64,000 nt of DNA from Octopus bimaculoides (GCF_001194135.2 NC_068993.1:45311964-45375963), one strand, 5' to 3'; positions 11,009-24,037 are shown, counted from the first letter of the stretch. A program made the numbers and translations. Notes: generated by a model from the letters alone, not told the origin.

Positions 11009-12416
11009 ATGATGTATGCCTGCTATCATATTGCAAATAGATGTGTGCTGTTTTAGAGCAGCACTTTTGTTGATTATTTTGGTGTAGTGCCTGACGGGAA
11101 ACGGTGGATTTAAGTGTCTACTTCGACGATCTGCTGCGACTCTCGGCAAAGGAGGTGGTGTGTTGCAAAACACTGATGAACGCAACCGAGATATGGTTGG
11201 CAGTCAGTGACTATGGGAGGAGCACGATGTATGTTTCATGGCTATATACCAATATCCTTTATTATGTTCTTAATAGATGTCTGTCATCAATTTTAGCAGA
11301 CCGAAAACATTCCAAGTTATATTAGACTGGAATGATGGCTCTGATGGGTAAAGATGCCAACAAGAGGGGCACAATCACTAATGTCCAAGTCATCCAGCTG
11401 TTGATTGCAGCATTTATTTACAGATCCTAGGATTGCTATATACTGAAATGTAATTCTATCTATTCTATATCACAGTAGTTGTGTCAGTTACAAATGAATT
11501 GCTTCAAATATTACGTAACTTTTTAGCTGTTTTTTAAAAAATTCAACAGTTCGGTCATCGTTAACTTTCAGTTCTATTCTGCACATCATTATAATCATTT
11601 AGTATCGCTATATCACTACTAATTAGTAAGCTATTGTCATTTTTTATTATCATGGTAAATAATATTTGTAAGCTATTTTTATAATGGTATTTTCTAACGC
11701 ACGTTCACATAACTATCCCAGGGATTTTTCTACAGTGGGTAGTAGCTAGGTGTATGAATAACAATTCTGTTACATGATTGTGTCTCTGAGGATATTTTTA
11801 GAGGAAGTGTAGAACAACCTGATAAAAATGTGTATTGTTTCTGGAAATACACGACACTCATAGAATTTTTCATTTATACTATAGGAGATAGGCAGAGTCG
11901 TATCCATATAACTACTGTTTGGGTTTGTAACTTTTATCTTATCGTTCGACAATGTTGTTACGTTGCAGCTCCACTTCACTCCTGGTTGAGCAGAAGTATG
12001 ACATATCGTTAAATCAGTCGAACAACTAGGTTCTATACACTGAACTACTGCTCCAGATATGAGGTTTCTTCCTCTTACGAACTACTTCTGTGTGCATCTG
12101 CACCCTGTTAGCAGCGTAAAAACCTTCAATAGATTTGAATTGCAGATTATATACATATACTACACGTATATAGATTTATAAAAATGTCTATAATTATTAA
12201 ACTTATGCATATGTTAAACATGTACATTCTCTAGAGAGAAAGTGATGTTGGAATGGATTATGTGATTCACGCTGACTCTCAACCGGTTTGTTTGTCCGAG
12301 TTGATCCTGTTCTTGCAAACTTTCTCACTCTGCTTTGAGAACGTCACGTTTAGCCATGACCTTACACACATGTTCCTGACTGTGATTCTTATATTTACTT
12401 GACCCATAGACTGAGG

Positions 12417-12434
12417 TTAGGGTTAGGGTTAGGG
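12417..12434 (+). repeat. (TTAGGG)3 telomere-like hexamers
   Basis: Seen directly. Confidence 0.85.
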
Positions 12435-13149
12435 TATTGTAGGTGTGCATCACACGAATGCCGACTGTCTTCTCGTCTCATATCCAGTTCTCAGCACTAG
12501 ACTACTGATCGGAATACTCAGCCCTGCTCAACCTAGAAGACCCCTTGCCACACATTGGAAACGTCCTCTTCGGGCGCTTCCGGTATACTAATTCTGTAGA
12601 TGTTAATCTAAACTTGATGTGAAATCAAGTCGGCATTGTTGTATGAATAAAGCGGTATGGAACTTGAAGTAACAACTTATATTTCATATAAGTACTTACA
12701 ACAGGTTTATGTTTAACAATCATATGTATTTGTATATATGTGTATACATATGTTATATGCATGTAACCGTCAGTTAAAATCCAGTGAAGGTGTTTATGTT
12801 GTATATTTGCCACCAGGAAACAGAACAAGTCCACAATAGAAACATGCCAATATGGGTTTACATAAGAAACAAAAAAGTCTGAATTTTCGGTTACATTTGC
12901 TCGAGGTAGTGGTTCCAACGGTGTGGTAAGATTTGTTTCTGAAATGTCAGTTTTCGTTTTCACTCCTCACGGCAACCAAACGCATTCATATAAATTCTTA
13001 TATTCCATTAACATTCTTACCAAGATATTCACTCTCTAGTTTGCTCCTATTCCAGTTTCGTTTTTCTTTTTTAACTCTTACACACTTCGTTATCAAAATA
13101 TAGACTAAATAAACCGTCACTTGCCCCAAAAGACAAAACTAAATACACA

Positions 13150-13695
13150 ATACACAAATGCTAGTAAAGTACAGATTAAGCTCAAGATTGTAAACAAAAA
13201 CATGTTTAGCATGCAGTTGATAGCAAAGACCAAATTAAGGACGCAATGCCAAAAGCAACCCCTAAAAAATACGTAGTTGTTAGCAAAATAGAGACTCAAG
13301 TTATTTACAAGATAATGTTTAACGTGCAGTTGATAGCAAAGACCAAACTAAGGATACAAATGTCAAAAAAAAAAAAGGAAAGAAACCCTACAAAATGCGC
13401 AGTTGTTAGCAAAATAGTGACCATGTAACTCAGTTATTTACAAAAACATGTTTAGCGTACAATTGATAGCAAAGACCAAAGTAAGGACACAATGGCCCCC
13501 GCCCCAGCAAAAAACCTCTCCTACAAAATGAATAGTTATTTTCAAAATAGAAACTATGTAACTCAGTTATTTATGAAAGCATATGTAGCGTGTAATTGAT
13601 AGCAAAAACCAAACGAAGGACACAAATGCCAGAAAATTAACAACTAAAACCTTACTTAATGCTTAGTTGTTAACAAAACAAAGACTATGTAAGCT
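13150..13695. repeat. Diverged tandem repeat, ~113-133 bp unit, ~4 copies
   Basis: Core atgtttagc.tgca.ttgatagcaaagaccaaa.taaggac recurs at ~13202, 13315, 13448 and 13581. Confidence 0.85.
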
Positions 13696-14413
13696 GCTTT
13701 TTTAAACGATTAAAGGCACATTAGATGATGTTTCACTAGATACCCTAGGAATGATCCGAAGACGGCGTGGTGATGGTTTTCAACGATTTGTCTTATTGGA
13801 CTGTTTGATTAGTGCTGACCAGAGCTAATAGCAGCGGTAGCTGCAGCAGTAATAAGAACAGTAGAAACAACAGTAGCAGCAGCAGCAGCAGCAGTAGCAA
13901 CAGCAGCAACAGCTATAAAAACAAAAGCAAGAACTCGAAAAAAAAAAACCTCAACAAAAAGAAACAAACTAAACACACAAACAATATTAAAGGTTTTGAC
14001 AGCATTCTCTGTTAACAACAGTTTAAAAATACACAGCAGTAATTATATATTGGATTGATAAAAGTAAAACATGCAACAATATTTGACGACAACTTCGTCT
14101 CTCTCTCATGAACGAGATCTTGATATATCCCACTGCGAGGTCCCCAGACACATAAATATATATATATGTACTCACACAGGATAACATCAGACACGACCAA
14201 TTACAACGACGGGAGACATGTGGAAATAGAGTGTCAACAAGAGCGAGACTGACACACGAGACACATCAATACACGAAGCGAACTACTGCCTGGAGGAGAT
14301 GTTGAGTACTTGGCAGTTAACTCACAGCAAAACTCTTGGAAAATTTCGTGACTAACAACTTACAACTACATGCGAGCGCGCTCGCACAAACACATACATA
14401 CACACACACACGC

Positions 14414-14459
<46 letters not shown>

Positions 14460-14797
14460 TCACACACGCACACACACACACACACACACGCACTCACATG
14501 CACACACATATGCGTACATACACATTCACGTACGCATTAACACGTGTGAACATATATGCATACACACACATGTACATGCATAAATGCATACACCCATGAT
14601 GTATAAGAGCATAGAAATACATACATACATACATACATACATAATATATACATACATATATCTATATCTATATATATATATGTGTGTATATATATGTATA
14701 CATATACATCTGTATGTGTGTGTATATGTATGTATCGAGCTAGCTAGCTAGCATTGCGTCAATCATGTCTCTTATCTCATTCTCTCTTTGAGCGCCT

Positions 14798-14832
<35 letters not shown>

Positions 14833-17083
14833 NNNNNNNNNNNNNNNNNNNNNNNNNNNNNNNNNNNNNNNNNNNNNNNNNNNNNNNNNNNNNNNNNNNN
14901 NNNNNNNNNNNNNNNNNNNNNNNNNNNNNNNNNNNNNNNNNNNNNNNNNNNNNNNNNNNNNNNNNNNNNNNNNNNNNNNNNNNNNNNNNNNNNNNNNNNN
15001 NNNNNNNNNNNNNNNNNNNNNNNNNNNNNNNNNNNNNNNNNNNNNNNNNNNNNNNNNNNNNNNNNNNNNNNNNNNNNNNNNNNNNNNNNNNNNNNNNNNN
15101 NNNNNNNNNNNNNNNNNNNNNNNNNNNNNNNNNNNNNNNNNNNNNNNNNNNNNNNNNNNNNNNNNNNNNNNNNNNNNNNNNNNNNNNNNNNNNNNNNNNN
15201 NNNNNNNNNNNNNNNNNNNNNNNNNNNNNNNNNNNNNNNNNNNNNNNNNNNNNNNNNNNNNNNNNNNNNNNNNNNNNNNNNNNNNNNNNNNNNNNNNNNN
15301 NNNNNNNNNNNNNNNNNNNNNNNNNNNNNNNNNNNNNNNNNNNNNNNNNNNNNNNNNNNNNNNNNNNNNNNNNNNNNNNNNNNNNNNNNNNNNNNNNNNN
15401 NNNNNNNNNNNNNNNNNNNNNNNNNNNNNNNNNNNNNNNNNNNNNNNNNNNNNNNNNNNNNNNNNNNNNNNNNNNNNNNNNNNNNNNNNNNNNNNNNNNN
15501 NNNNNNNNNNNNNNNNNNNNNNNNNNNNNNNNNNNNNNNNNNNNNNNNNNNNNNNNNNNNNNNNNNNNNNNNNNNNNNNNNNNNNNNNNNNNNNNNNNNN
15601 NNNNNNNNNNNNNNNNNNNNNNNNNNNNNNNNNNNNNNNNNNNNNNNNNNNNNNNNNNNNNNNNNNNNNNNNNNNNNNNNNNNNNNNNNNNNNNNNNNNN
15701 NNNNNNNNNNNNNNNNNNNNNNNNNNNNNNNNNNNNNNNNNNNNNNNNNNNNNNNNNNNNNNNNNNNNNNNNNNNNNNNNNNNNNNNNNNNNNNNNNNNN
15801 NNNNNNNNNNNNNNNNNNNNNNATATATATATATATATATATATATATACTTATACCTACAATATTTCATTGTATTTCATTGAACTCCTTGCTTTCACAT
15901 TATAAGACACCCAAACACACACACACACTCACACACACACACGCACGCACGCACATACTTATATTACATACTAGAAACAATTTCATCTATGCTTATAGTC
16001 ACACATAAGACAGACACACGTACAAACACCTATACATCCTCACCTACTACACAGAAATTCTTTCTCCGTACTCTCTCCCTCTCTCTCTGTCTGCTTCTTT
16101 CTCTACTCTTTTTCTATTTCGCAGTTTACATTTTTCCTTTCCGTATCCAGCGAAAACTATTGAAGACAATTCCAACAGGCAATAGGAAATTCATTTGATA
16201 TCAGATATTTGACACAATAGACGACGAAGTGTAATTACAGAGAATGTTATTGCTGAAGAAATGAGCATGTTTCCTTGAGGCCTTTCTTTGAATAAATACT
16301 ATTGATAACTAACGGCTGCTCAAAGCGAATTGGAAACAACAACAACAACAACAACAACAAGAAAACACTAACTAACAAACAAGCAAACTGTGGGAAAAGC
16401 AAAAGTAAAACGAAAACAAAAAGGTCACTTGCAGATAATAAAGAAACAAATATATTTAGAATGGTGTCATCAGAGAGACACACATACACGCACGTATTAA
16501 ATGATATAGTTTGTTTACGATAATACATTCCGACTCAGAGCTTCATATCCAGAGTTCCTCGACAATTATCGAACGATTAAAGCTTCAATCTGTCATTCGA
16601 ATCTCAGTGACATATATGCAAAGTTTCCGGTAGTGCATTGCAGGTTTGTGAAATAGGTAAAGGACCATAATTCATTACACAGAGTAGATTAGACATGGAA
16701 ACAGTAGTGGCTAAGAAGTGGTCCCCACTCTCCAAAACCCTGGAACTGCTGAACAAGAGTCCCACTGTCGGAAGCAGTTTAAAGTCATGCCTATCACTCA
16801 ACATACATATATACAAACATACATACATACATACATACATACAAACATGCATACAAGCATGCATACATACATAAATTAATTAAACTCGTATCGACTCTTC
16901 ATATCGATTAGTATTTAGAAGTTGGTATTCGAAATTTGTAATTTGATTTAACTTATCTTAAGTTCACAAAAATTGGAAACAAATATATACCCTTCACGTT
17001 ACCTACCACAGGTAGCTCCACAAAATTCTTCTGCCGCCCCACGAAAAAATGATGGACTAAATTCGAAACCGTGCACGGTAGCG

Positions 17084-17618
17084 TTTTACTCTTTTACTCT
17101 TTTACTTGTTTCAGTCATTTGACTGTAGCAATGCTGGAGCACGGCCTTTAGTAGAGCAAATCGACCCCAGGACTTATTCTTTGTAAGCCTAGTACTTATT
17201 CTATCGGTCTCTTTTGCCGAACCGCTGAATTACGGGGACGTAAACACACCATCATCGGTTGTCAAGCNNNNNNNNNNNNNNNNNNNNNNNNNNNNNNNNN
17301 NNNNNNNNNNNNNNNNNNNNNNNNNNNNNNNNNNNNNNNNNNNNNNNNNNNNNNNNNNNNNNNNNNNNNNNNNNNNNNNNNNNNNNNNNNNNNNNNNNNN
17401 NNNNNNNNNNNNNNNNNNNNNNNNNNNNNNNNNNNNNNNNNNNNNNNNNNNNNNNNNNNNNNNNNNNNNNNNNNNNNNNNNNNNNNNNNNNNNNNNNNNN
17501 NNNNNNNNNNTGGTCGGCCCGAGGCTATAGTAGAAGATACTTGCCCAAGTTGCCACGCTGTGGGACGGAACCCAGAACCATGTGGTTCGTAAGCAAGCTA
17601 CTTACCACACAGCCACTC
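17084..17618 (-). mobile_element. tRNA-derived SINE family C spanning an assembly gap
   Basis: Minus head gagtggctgtgtggtaag...ctgggttccgtccc (A/B-box-like), then cttgggcaagtatcttctactatagcc; tail ...atgactgaaacaagtaaaag(agtaaaag)n. Confidence 0.85.
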
Positions 17619-17929
17619 TGGATTCACTCTTTGACAATAAGGCAACAAAATCGATAACAACTACCGCAAGAACAACAATGACCACGACGACGACGACCAC
17701 CACCAACACCACCAACACCACCACCACTACTACTACCACCACCACCACCACCACCACGACAACAACAAGAACAACAAAATGTAAAACCGACAACATGAAA
17801 ACAATAACAATAGAACTATCATAACCTCTCACCGAAGCCTCATGTTTGCAGCCGGCTAGCGGCCATCACACATACAAAGAAAACCATACTGTGTTTGGTA
17901 GTTTGTATAAATGAATTGTTGTTTTTTTT

Positions 17930-18110
17930 TTTTAGCTCTCGGCCAGCCCAAGGATCAAAGATGTTCTAGCTGTGAATATCTTGTCTTTTAATTCTAAGAC
18001 ATACCGTATTCTAGAACGATATTATCTTTAAATACGTCAGCATGTAATTTGAATGGGATTGAGTGGCTATTTCTTGTAGGTAAATAAACAACGTAAAGGT
18101 TCAAACGTTG
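17930..18110 (-). mobile_element. Retroposon 3'-tail family D fragment
   Basis: Reverse complement contains acctacaagaaatagccactcaa and ends ...gctaaa, similar to the copies at 32.1-33.3 kb. Confidence 0.4.
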
Positions 18111-18197
18111 GGTCTTGAGGTTTTGATAAATGTGTTCAAATTTATGGTGTGATTAGGTGGAGAACTTGTGTATGCTTGTCTCTTTTTATTTAATGTC

Positions 18198-18420
18198 AAG
18201 AAGGCAACAAACTGATCGAATCGTTGGCGCATCGAACAAAATACTTAGCGGCATTTCTTTCACCTCTTTATGTTCTGATTTCAAAATTTCGCTGAGGTTG
18301 ACTTTGCTTTACATCTTCCCGGCGGCAATAAATTAAAGTACCAGTCTAGTACTATTGGTGTGAATGTAATCAACTTCTCCCTCCCCTCAAAATTACTGGC
18401 CTTGTGCCAAAATAAGGAAG
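18198..18420 (+). mobile_element. SINE family A
   Basis: aaggcaacaaactgatcgaatcgttggc...cttagcggcatttc...gaggttgactttgc...aaagtaccag...ggccttgtgccaaaa. Confidence 0.8.
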
Positions 18421-18435
18421 AATTATTTAATCAGA

Positions 18436-18562
18436 CAAAGTGGTGAGCTGGCAAAATCGTGAGAGGGCCGGAATAAATGTTTTGCAGTATGTGTTCTGAC
18501 TCTTTATGTTCTGAGCTCAAATTCCTCCAATTCCTGACCTTTGTGCCTAAATTTGATACTAT
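18436..18562 (+). mobile_element. SINE family A, core deleted
   Basis: Head ggtgagctggcaaaatcgtgag...ttctgagctcaaattcc is joined directly to the tail ctttgtgcctaaatttga. Confidence 0.7.
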
Positions 18563-18575
18563 TATTAATCAGAAG

Positions 18576-18782
18576 GAAGGCGGCAGATTGGCAGAATCAT
18601 TAGTGTCGGATAAAAATGCTTAGTAGTATTTGATTTAATTCTTTACGTTCCCGTTTCAAATCCAGCTGAGGCCAACTTTGCCTTTCATCCCTCGAGGTTC
18701 GATAAGAAAATGTACCTGAGGCTGATGGAATCCACTGATCCCACTCTTCAAAATTGTTGGTTTTGTGACTAAATCAGAAGTC
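18576..18782 (+). mobile_element. SINE family A
   Basis: gaaggcggcagattggcagaatcattag...gaggccaactttgcctttcatccctcgaggttcgataag. Confidence 0.8.
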
Positions 18783-18944
18783 ATTATTAAATCAGAGTAG
18801 GAGGGGACATCACCCATCTCAGCCAAGTGAAAGATATGTAGTTAATGTTTAACTTGAGATTCTGCTAGTTGAAGTCCCAGAAACATCACTGACGATGCAT
18901 CCCTGAGCATAAGCGAGATGTACAAAACTGAAGCAATAAATATC

Positions 18945-19032
18945 TTTTAGCTTTTACTTGTTGCAGTTTTTAGACTGCAGCCATGCTGTGGAACCGCCTT
19001 GAAGAATCTTAGTCAAATGAATCGACCCCAGT
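18945..19032 (-). mobile_element. SINE family C 3' tail
   Basis: ttttacttgttgcagtttttagactgcagccatgctg...ccgccttgaa...atcgacccca matches 17090-17170. Confidence 0.65.
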
Positions 19033-19074
19033 GCTTTTATATATATATATATATGTAATTATGTATGTATGTAT

Positions 19075-19290
19075 ATAGTGAATCTAAACAAGGAAGAACA
19101 AACAAGAAAAAACAATAACACGAGGACGTGGTACAAGTACTGTATTATCAGACGCTTAGGAAAGGAAGGAAAGAGGATTCAACGTTTCGAGCCAAGCTCT
19201 TCTTCAGAAATAGAGGCAAGTTCAAAGGAAGGGAAGACGGAGGAAGAAAATCGCCAACGATATACAGGCGGTTATATTTTGGAAATGTAT
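19075..19290 (-). mobile_element. Short putative Penelope-derived element hosting a hammerhead
   Basis: About 215 bp of non-simple sequence between microsatellites, centred on the hammerhead. The class is inferred from the known hammerhead-Penelope association. Confidence 0.45.
19177..19211 (-). ncRNA. Minimal type I hammerhead ribozyme
   Basis: attt CTGAAGA a gagc-ttg-gctc GAAAC GTT gaat: full core, 4-bp helix II, 4-bp helix I (one G-U), loopless palindromic ACGU helix III. Predicted cleavage between 19181 and 19180. Confidence 0.75.
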
Positions 19291-19390
19291 GTATGTATGT
19301 ATGTATGTATGTATGTATGTATGTATGTATGTACGTATGTATGTATGTATGTATGCATGTATGTATGTATGTNNNNNNNNNNTATATATA

Positions 19391-19427
<37 letters not shown>

Positions 19428-19719
19428 CTAATACATAGACGCATGAAGCTGAAGAAAGAAAGATTGTTTTCTCGAAAGTTTCCGAGTTGAGATAAATGTT
19501 TATGAATCAATTGATTAAGAGCCAACAGTAAAGACAACAAAAACAACAACAGCAACAACAGCATCAGCAAAGACAACATGAACAGCAGCCATAACAACAA
19601 CAACAATAACAACAAGAAAAGCGAGGACAGGGTCAGAACACTTATTTCTTTTGTAAATCATTTAATATCAATATTGTCTGTTAAATATCATCTCTGGTAA
19701 CAGACTAATGCCACGTTAG

Positions 19720-20810
19720 AATAACGCTGGTGGTGTTGGGTGTTGTAGCGGTGATGGCTGTTATTGTATTGTGATGGTGGTAGTGGTTTGGTGGTAGTAG
19801 TGATGGACGCTGTGTTATTTGTTGGTGGTGATAGTGGTCGGAGCATCGGTGATGATTATTGTGGTAGTGGCTGTCGTTGTTGTGGTGGCGGTGAGAGTGA
19901 TGGGGTTGCTGTTTGTTGTTGTAGCAATAATGTGAGTTGTAGTAATGGTGGTGGTTGTGGTGATGGAGATTGTGGTGATGGAGGTTGTGGTGGTGGAGGT
20001 TGTGGTGGTGGAGGTTGTGGTGGAGGTTGTGGTGGTGGTTGTGCGATGGTTGTGGCGGTGATGGTGGTGATGGAGGTTGTGGTGATGGCAGTTGTGGTTG
20101 TGGTGATATTGGTAGTAGCTGTGGTGGTTGCGGTGGTAGTGGTGGTAATGGTGGTAGTTGTGATGATGGTGATGGGGGTATCTTGGATACTTATTTTGGT
20201 AGTCTCAGTTGGTGGTAGTGGTCTTAGTCTTATTGGTGGTTGTAGCGATTGTGCTGGTGATAGTGTCGGTCATTGTAGCAGTGGTACAGGTGGAGGATGT
20301 AGTGCTGGTGGCAGTGGTAAATCGATGCTTACAGTGGCGGACGTTTTAATGGTATGAACGATGATGATGATTGGCGTACGGCGATGCCTGCTGTGGTAGT
20401 GGTCGTAGCCGTGGAGGTGGTGGTAGCAGTGGTGGTGTGGTGTCGGCGTTTGTTGTTGTAGAGGTAGTGTAGGCGGTGGTTATAGTGTCGGTGGTTATGG
20501 TGTCGGTGGTATGGTGGTGGATGTTGTGTTTAATGTAATGTTAGCATGATATTGGCATTATTAGCGGGCGTGGTGCTAGCGTTGGTGGACGTGATGTACA
20601 TGAGGGTGGTGAAGGTGGCTATGACTGCAGTATAGGCGTTTGCTAGCGAACGTGATAGACATTATAATAGTGCTGGTTGGTCACGTAGTGGTGGTTGTGG
20701 TTGTAGTGGTGGTGGTGGTAGTTGTGGTGGGTGATGACAGATTTTATGGCGTAGGCAATGAGGTTGCTATTGTTGTTGTTGTTGTTGACGTAGTGTTTTG
20801 GGGTGAGGGA
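19720..20810. repeat. GGT/GTT-rich degenerate trinucleotide low-complexity region
   Basis: Seen directly; source of the Gly/Val/Cys pseudo-ORFs. Confidence 0.85.
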
Positions 20811-20967
20811 TGGGGCGTGTCTGTCTAGGCGAACCTTCGTTTTTGCAGACTTACATTTCCAAGGAAAAGAACTGATATCTATTTTTGAAACGATGTCTCA
20901 GGATACAAACACAGATGAAGACAAAAAAATTGACTCACAGAGAAATAAATAAAAATCAATAGATATA

Positions 20968-21045
20968 TAGGCGCAGGCAGAGCTTTGTGGATAAGAAGTT
21001 CACTCTGCAATCACGTGGTTTCGGGTTCAGTTTCCCACTGCACGG
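20968..21045 (+). mobile_element. SINE family C head fragment
   Basis: aggcgcaggc...tgtggataagaag...cacgtggtttcgggttcagt.ccactgc. Confidence 0.55.
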
Positions 21046-21515
21046 AAATGAATGACAAAAATGGATTGTTTATAAGAGTGTGGAGAAAAATGCCCTGGAG
21101 AAAACGAAATGAACCACCTGTGATCGCTTCAAAAACCGCTCAGTATTCGGAGAGAGTGTGAATGAATCTAGAAGACGAAAACTGTATGGATGACCATCAG
21201 ACACACACACACATGTATATATATATGCATATATATGAATATATATATATTGAATATATATATATATGCATATATATATACATGTATGTACATGTGTATA
21301 TATTCATATATATATATTATATATGCATATATATATATANNNNNNNNNNNNNNNNNNNNNNNNNNNNNNNNNNNNNNNNNNNNNNNNNNNNNNNNNNNNN
21401 NNNNNNNNNNAAATTCTCAAACGCACGATTATGCTAATAATATAGCCTGAACAGGATAAGCTACCCCTATTTTGCAGGAAAAAAATGTTGGCGGCCAGCT
21501 CTCTATATATATATA

Positions 21516-22340
21516 TTGGGTCATCCCATAAATAATGCGGTTTTTTCAATTGCATGAACTAAAAGTCGGAGGGGAACGGGATAAACTACCTGCATCAACT
21601 TGCTACAAAATCAGGTAGTAATTTTACCTTGATACTTATTCTTAGTGCAAATTTTGAAGAGTGCAGTTCGATTTTAGCAGTTATTTTTTTTATCAAAGCT
21701 ATAATGGAAGTGACAAAGAAACATATTCAGCATACCCTGTTTCATGGGTTCAATAAAAGCAACAAAGTCAACGGAAAGTGCGAGGAATATTAGTTTAGCA
21801 TATGGGGGTCGGACAATAAGCGCAAGCCAATGTCAAAAGTGGTTCCAGAAATTCCGAGCCGGAAACTACAGCCTAGAAGATGAGCGTCCTGAAAGATATA
21901 TAGAGTTCGACGAGGACCCCCTGCAAACCCTGGTGAAATAAAATCCCATTATGACTGTTGAGGAAGTAACAGAGAAGCTTGGATTTGGTCATTCACCCAT
22001 TCATCAACACCTGCGTGCCATCAGAAAAGTCAGCAAATTGGGTCAATGGGTTCCTCGCAAATTTTCCGAGTCTAATCGCGCGCAGAAAGTGAATGTGTGC
22101 TCTTCTTTGCTGTCACATGTCACGAATGAACCTTTTGGGGGCCGAATAGGGACTGGTGACGAGAAATAGTTTCTCTATAAAAATGTCAAGCGCCGAAGAT
22201 AGTGGGTTGGGAAAGGAGAAACACCGAAACCCCAGGCTAAAGAAGGTTTCCACCCACATAGGGTGTTGTTATCTGTCTAGTGGTATATGAAAGGTTTAGT
22301 TCACTTTGAACTTTAAGACCCAAACCAAACGATAACAAAA
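21516..22340 (+). mobile_element. Mariner transposon relic, 3'-truncated (transposase pseudogene from 21704)
   Basis: Starts after (TA)n with ttgggtc. Translates KWFQKFRAGNYSLEDE, GQWVPRKF (WVPHEL motif), TGDEK and GLVHFEL with stops and frameshifts; no YSPDL motif or right TIR. Confidence 0.9.
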
Positions 22341-22412
22341 ATCACCTTTCACTAGAATTATTATATGTTTACAAGAGCTTGACAGGCATCTCCAACTGGC
22401 AGGTCATGTTAC

Positions 22413-22455
22413 TCCAGACTGATGACGAGCAAATACCCAGAAACTAGTCTCTGGA
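22413..22455 (+). ncRNA. Type I hammerhead with disrupted helix II
   Basis: tccaga CTGATGA cgagcaaataccca GAAA CTAG TC tctgga: perfect 6-bp helix I, intact core, palindromic ACTAGT helix III. Helix II needs two G>A reversions (cggg/cccg). Confidence 0.65.
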
Positions 22456-23005
22456 TGCAGGCTTAGCTAGGTGGAGGTGCTTGTCTCCCCCTTGTAAACA
22501 TAAGGACACAGGAAATGTGTCAAGGCCGAGAGGAAACGGTGCTGATTCTTAGGGCTAAATAGCAGTAGTATTATTCCCTTCATGGGACTGTCACATTAAG
22601 TTGACAGCATAGAACTACTTTATATATATATATATATATATNNNNNNNNNNNNNNNNNNNNNNNNNNNNNNNNNNNNNNNNNNNNNNNNNNNNNNNNNNN
22701 NNNNNNNNNNNNNNNNNNNNNNNNNNNNNNNNNNNNNNNNNNNNNNNNNNNNNNNNNNNNNNNNNNNNNNNNNNNNNNNNNNNNNNNNNNNNNNNNNNNN
22801 NNNNNNNNNNNNNNNNNNNNNNNNNNNNNNNNNNNNNNNNNNNNNNNNNNNNNNNNNNNNNNNNNNNNNNNNNNNNNNNNNNNNNNNNNNNNNNNNNNNN
22901 NNNNNNNNNNNNNNNNNNNNNNNNNNNNNNNNNNNNNNNNNNNNNNNNNNNNNNNNNNNNNNNNNNNNNNNNNNNNNNNNNNNNNNNNNNNNNNNNNNNN
23001 NNNNN

Positions 23006-23225
23006 GTTGTGTGTAACTCTGTATGTTTGTGCTTGTCCCTCTCGTTGCTTGTCAACCAGCGTTGGCTTGTTCACATCCTAATCAAATCTCGGTTTGGCTA
23101 AAGAAACCGACAGAATAAGGAACAAATTAAAAAAAAAGGTACTGGTGTCAATTTCATCGACTAAATGCTTCAAGATAGTGCTCTAACATGGCCACTGTCG
23201 AATGATTGAAACAAGTAAAAGAATT
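23006..23225 (+). mobile_element. SINE family C 3' half (5' part in gap)
   Basis: gcttgtcaaccagcgttggcttgttcacatcc...cgacagaataag...cgactaaa...ttcaag...atggccac...gattgaaacaagtaaaaga. Confidence 0.7.
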
Positions 23226-23249
23226 AAGGAATAAATGAATGCGAATATA

Positions 23250-23990
23250 ACAAAAAAAAAAATGGGACAACGCATACAAAAGCAACAGTAACGATTACAA
23301 CAATATCGGATATAAAAAAAAATATTTAAAACAACATTAACGACATGTAGCCACAACACCTGCAAAATCAACATCAGCAGGAATTATAACAATTGCAATT
23401 ACATTAGCATCAGTAATACAAACAGCAACATCAAGAACTAAAGAAATAGCCAAAAAACACACACACACAGCACAACAACAGCAACAACAAAGCAGCAATA
23501 GCAATTGTTACAACAACTAAGAGAACAATACACAACAAAAACAACAGCAATAGCATTAGTATGAGTCAGAAGAACAAGAAAAGAATCATCAGGAACAACA
23601 CGAACAGCAACAAACAAGAAGAACGAAGAAGACAGAATGACAATAACAACAACAATAAGAAGAAGCAGAAGAAGAGAAAAGAAAACGAAGAACAATTGAG
23701 AAGAACATTGTAAGAAGAGGAGAAGCGAAAAGAACAATAATAATAAGAGGTAAGAAGAAGGAAAGAAAAGAGAGAAGAGGAAGAAGAAGAGGAAGAGAAG
23801 AAAAAAAGAAGAAAGAAGAGGAGGAAGAGCGGAAAAGAAGAAGAGAGAGGAAGGAGAAAGAGAAATCGATGAAGACGAGAGAAGAGGAATAGAAAGGAGA
23901 AGAAAATGAAGACCACCACCACATTACCACCAAAAACAACAAAACAACGGCAGCAACAACAACAACAATTGCGCCAGCGGCGGCAACAGC
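23250..23990. repeat. AAC/AAG/GAG purine-rich low-complexity region
   Basis: Seen directly. Confidence 0.85.
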
Positions 23991-24037
23991 AACAGCAGCA
24001 GCTTCACCAGCTACAACAGCGTCGACAAACCTGTTAT

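Noticed and set aside
10943-13695. Possible CRISPR-like arrays (22-bp and ~120-bp repeats)
   Set aside because: No unique spacers, no cas genes, and the context is eukaryotic.
18885-18925. CTGACGA tgc...gc GAGATGTA hammerhead-like string
   Set aside because: No GAAA and no helix I pairing.
19764-20357. 197-aa Gly/Cys/Val-rich ORF
   Set aside because: It is the translation of a degenerate GGT/GTT repeat; no domain structure.
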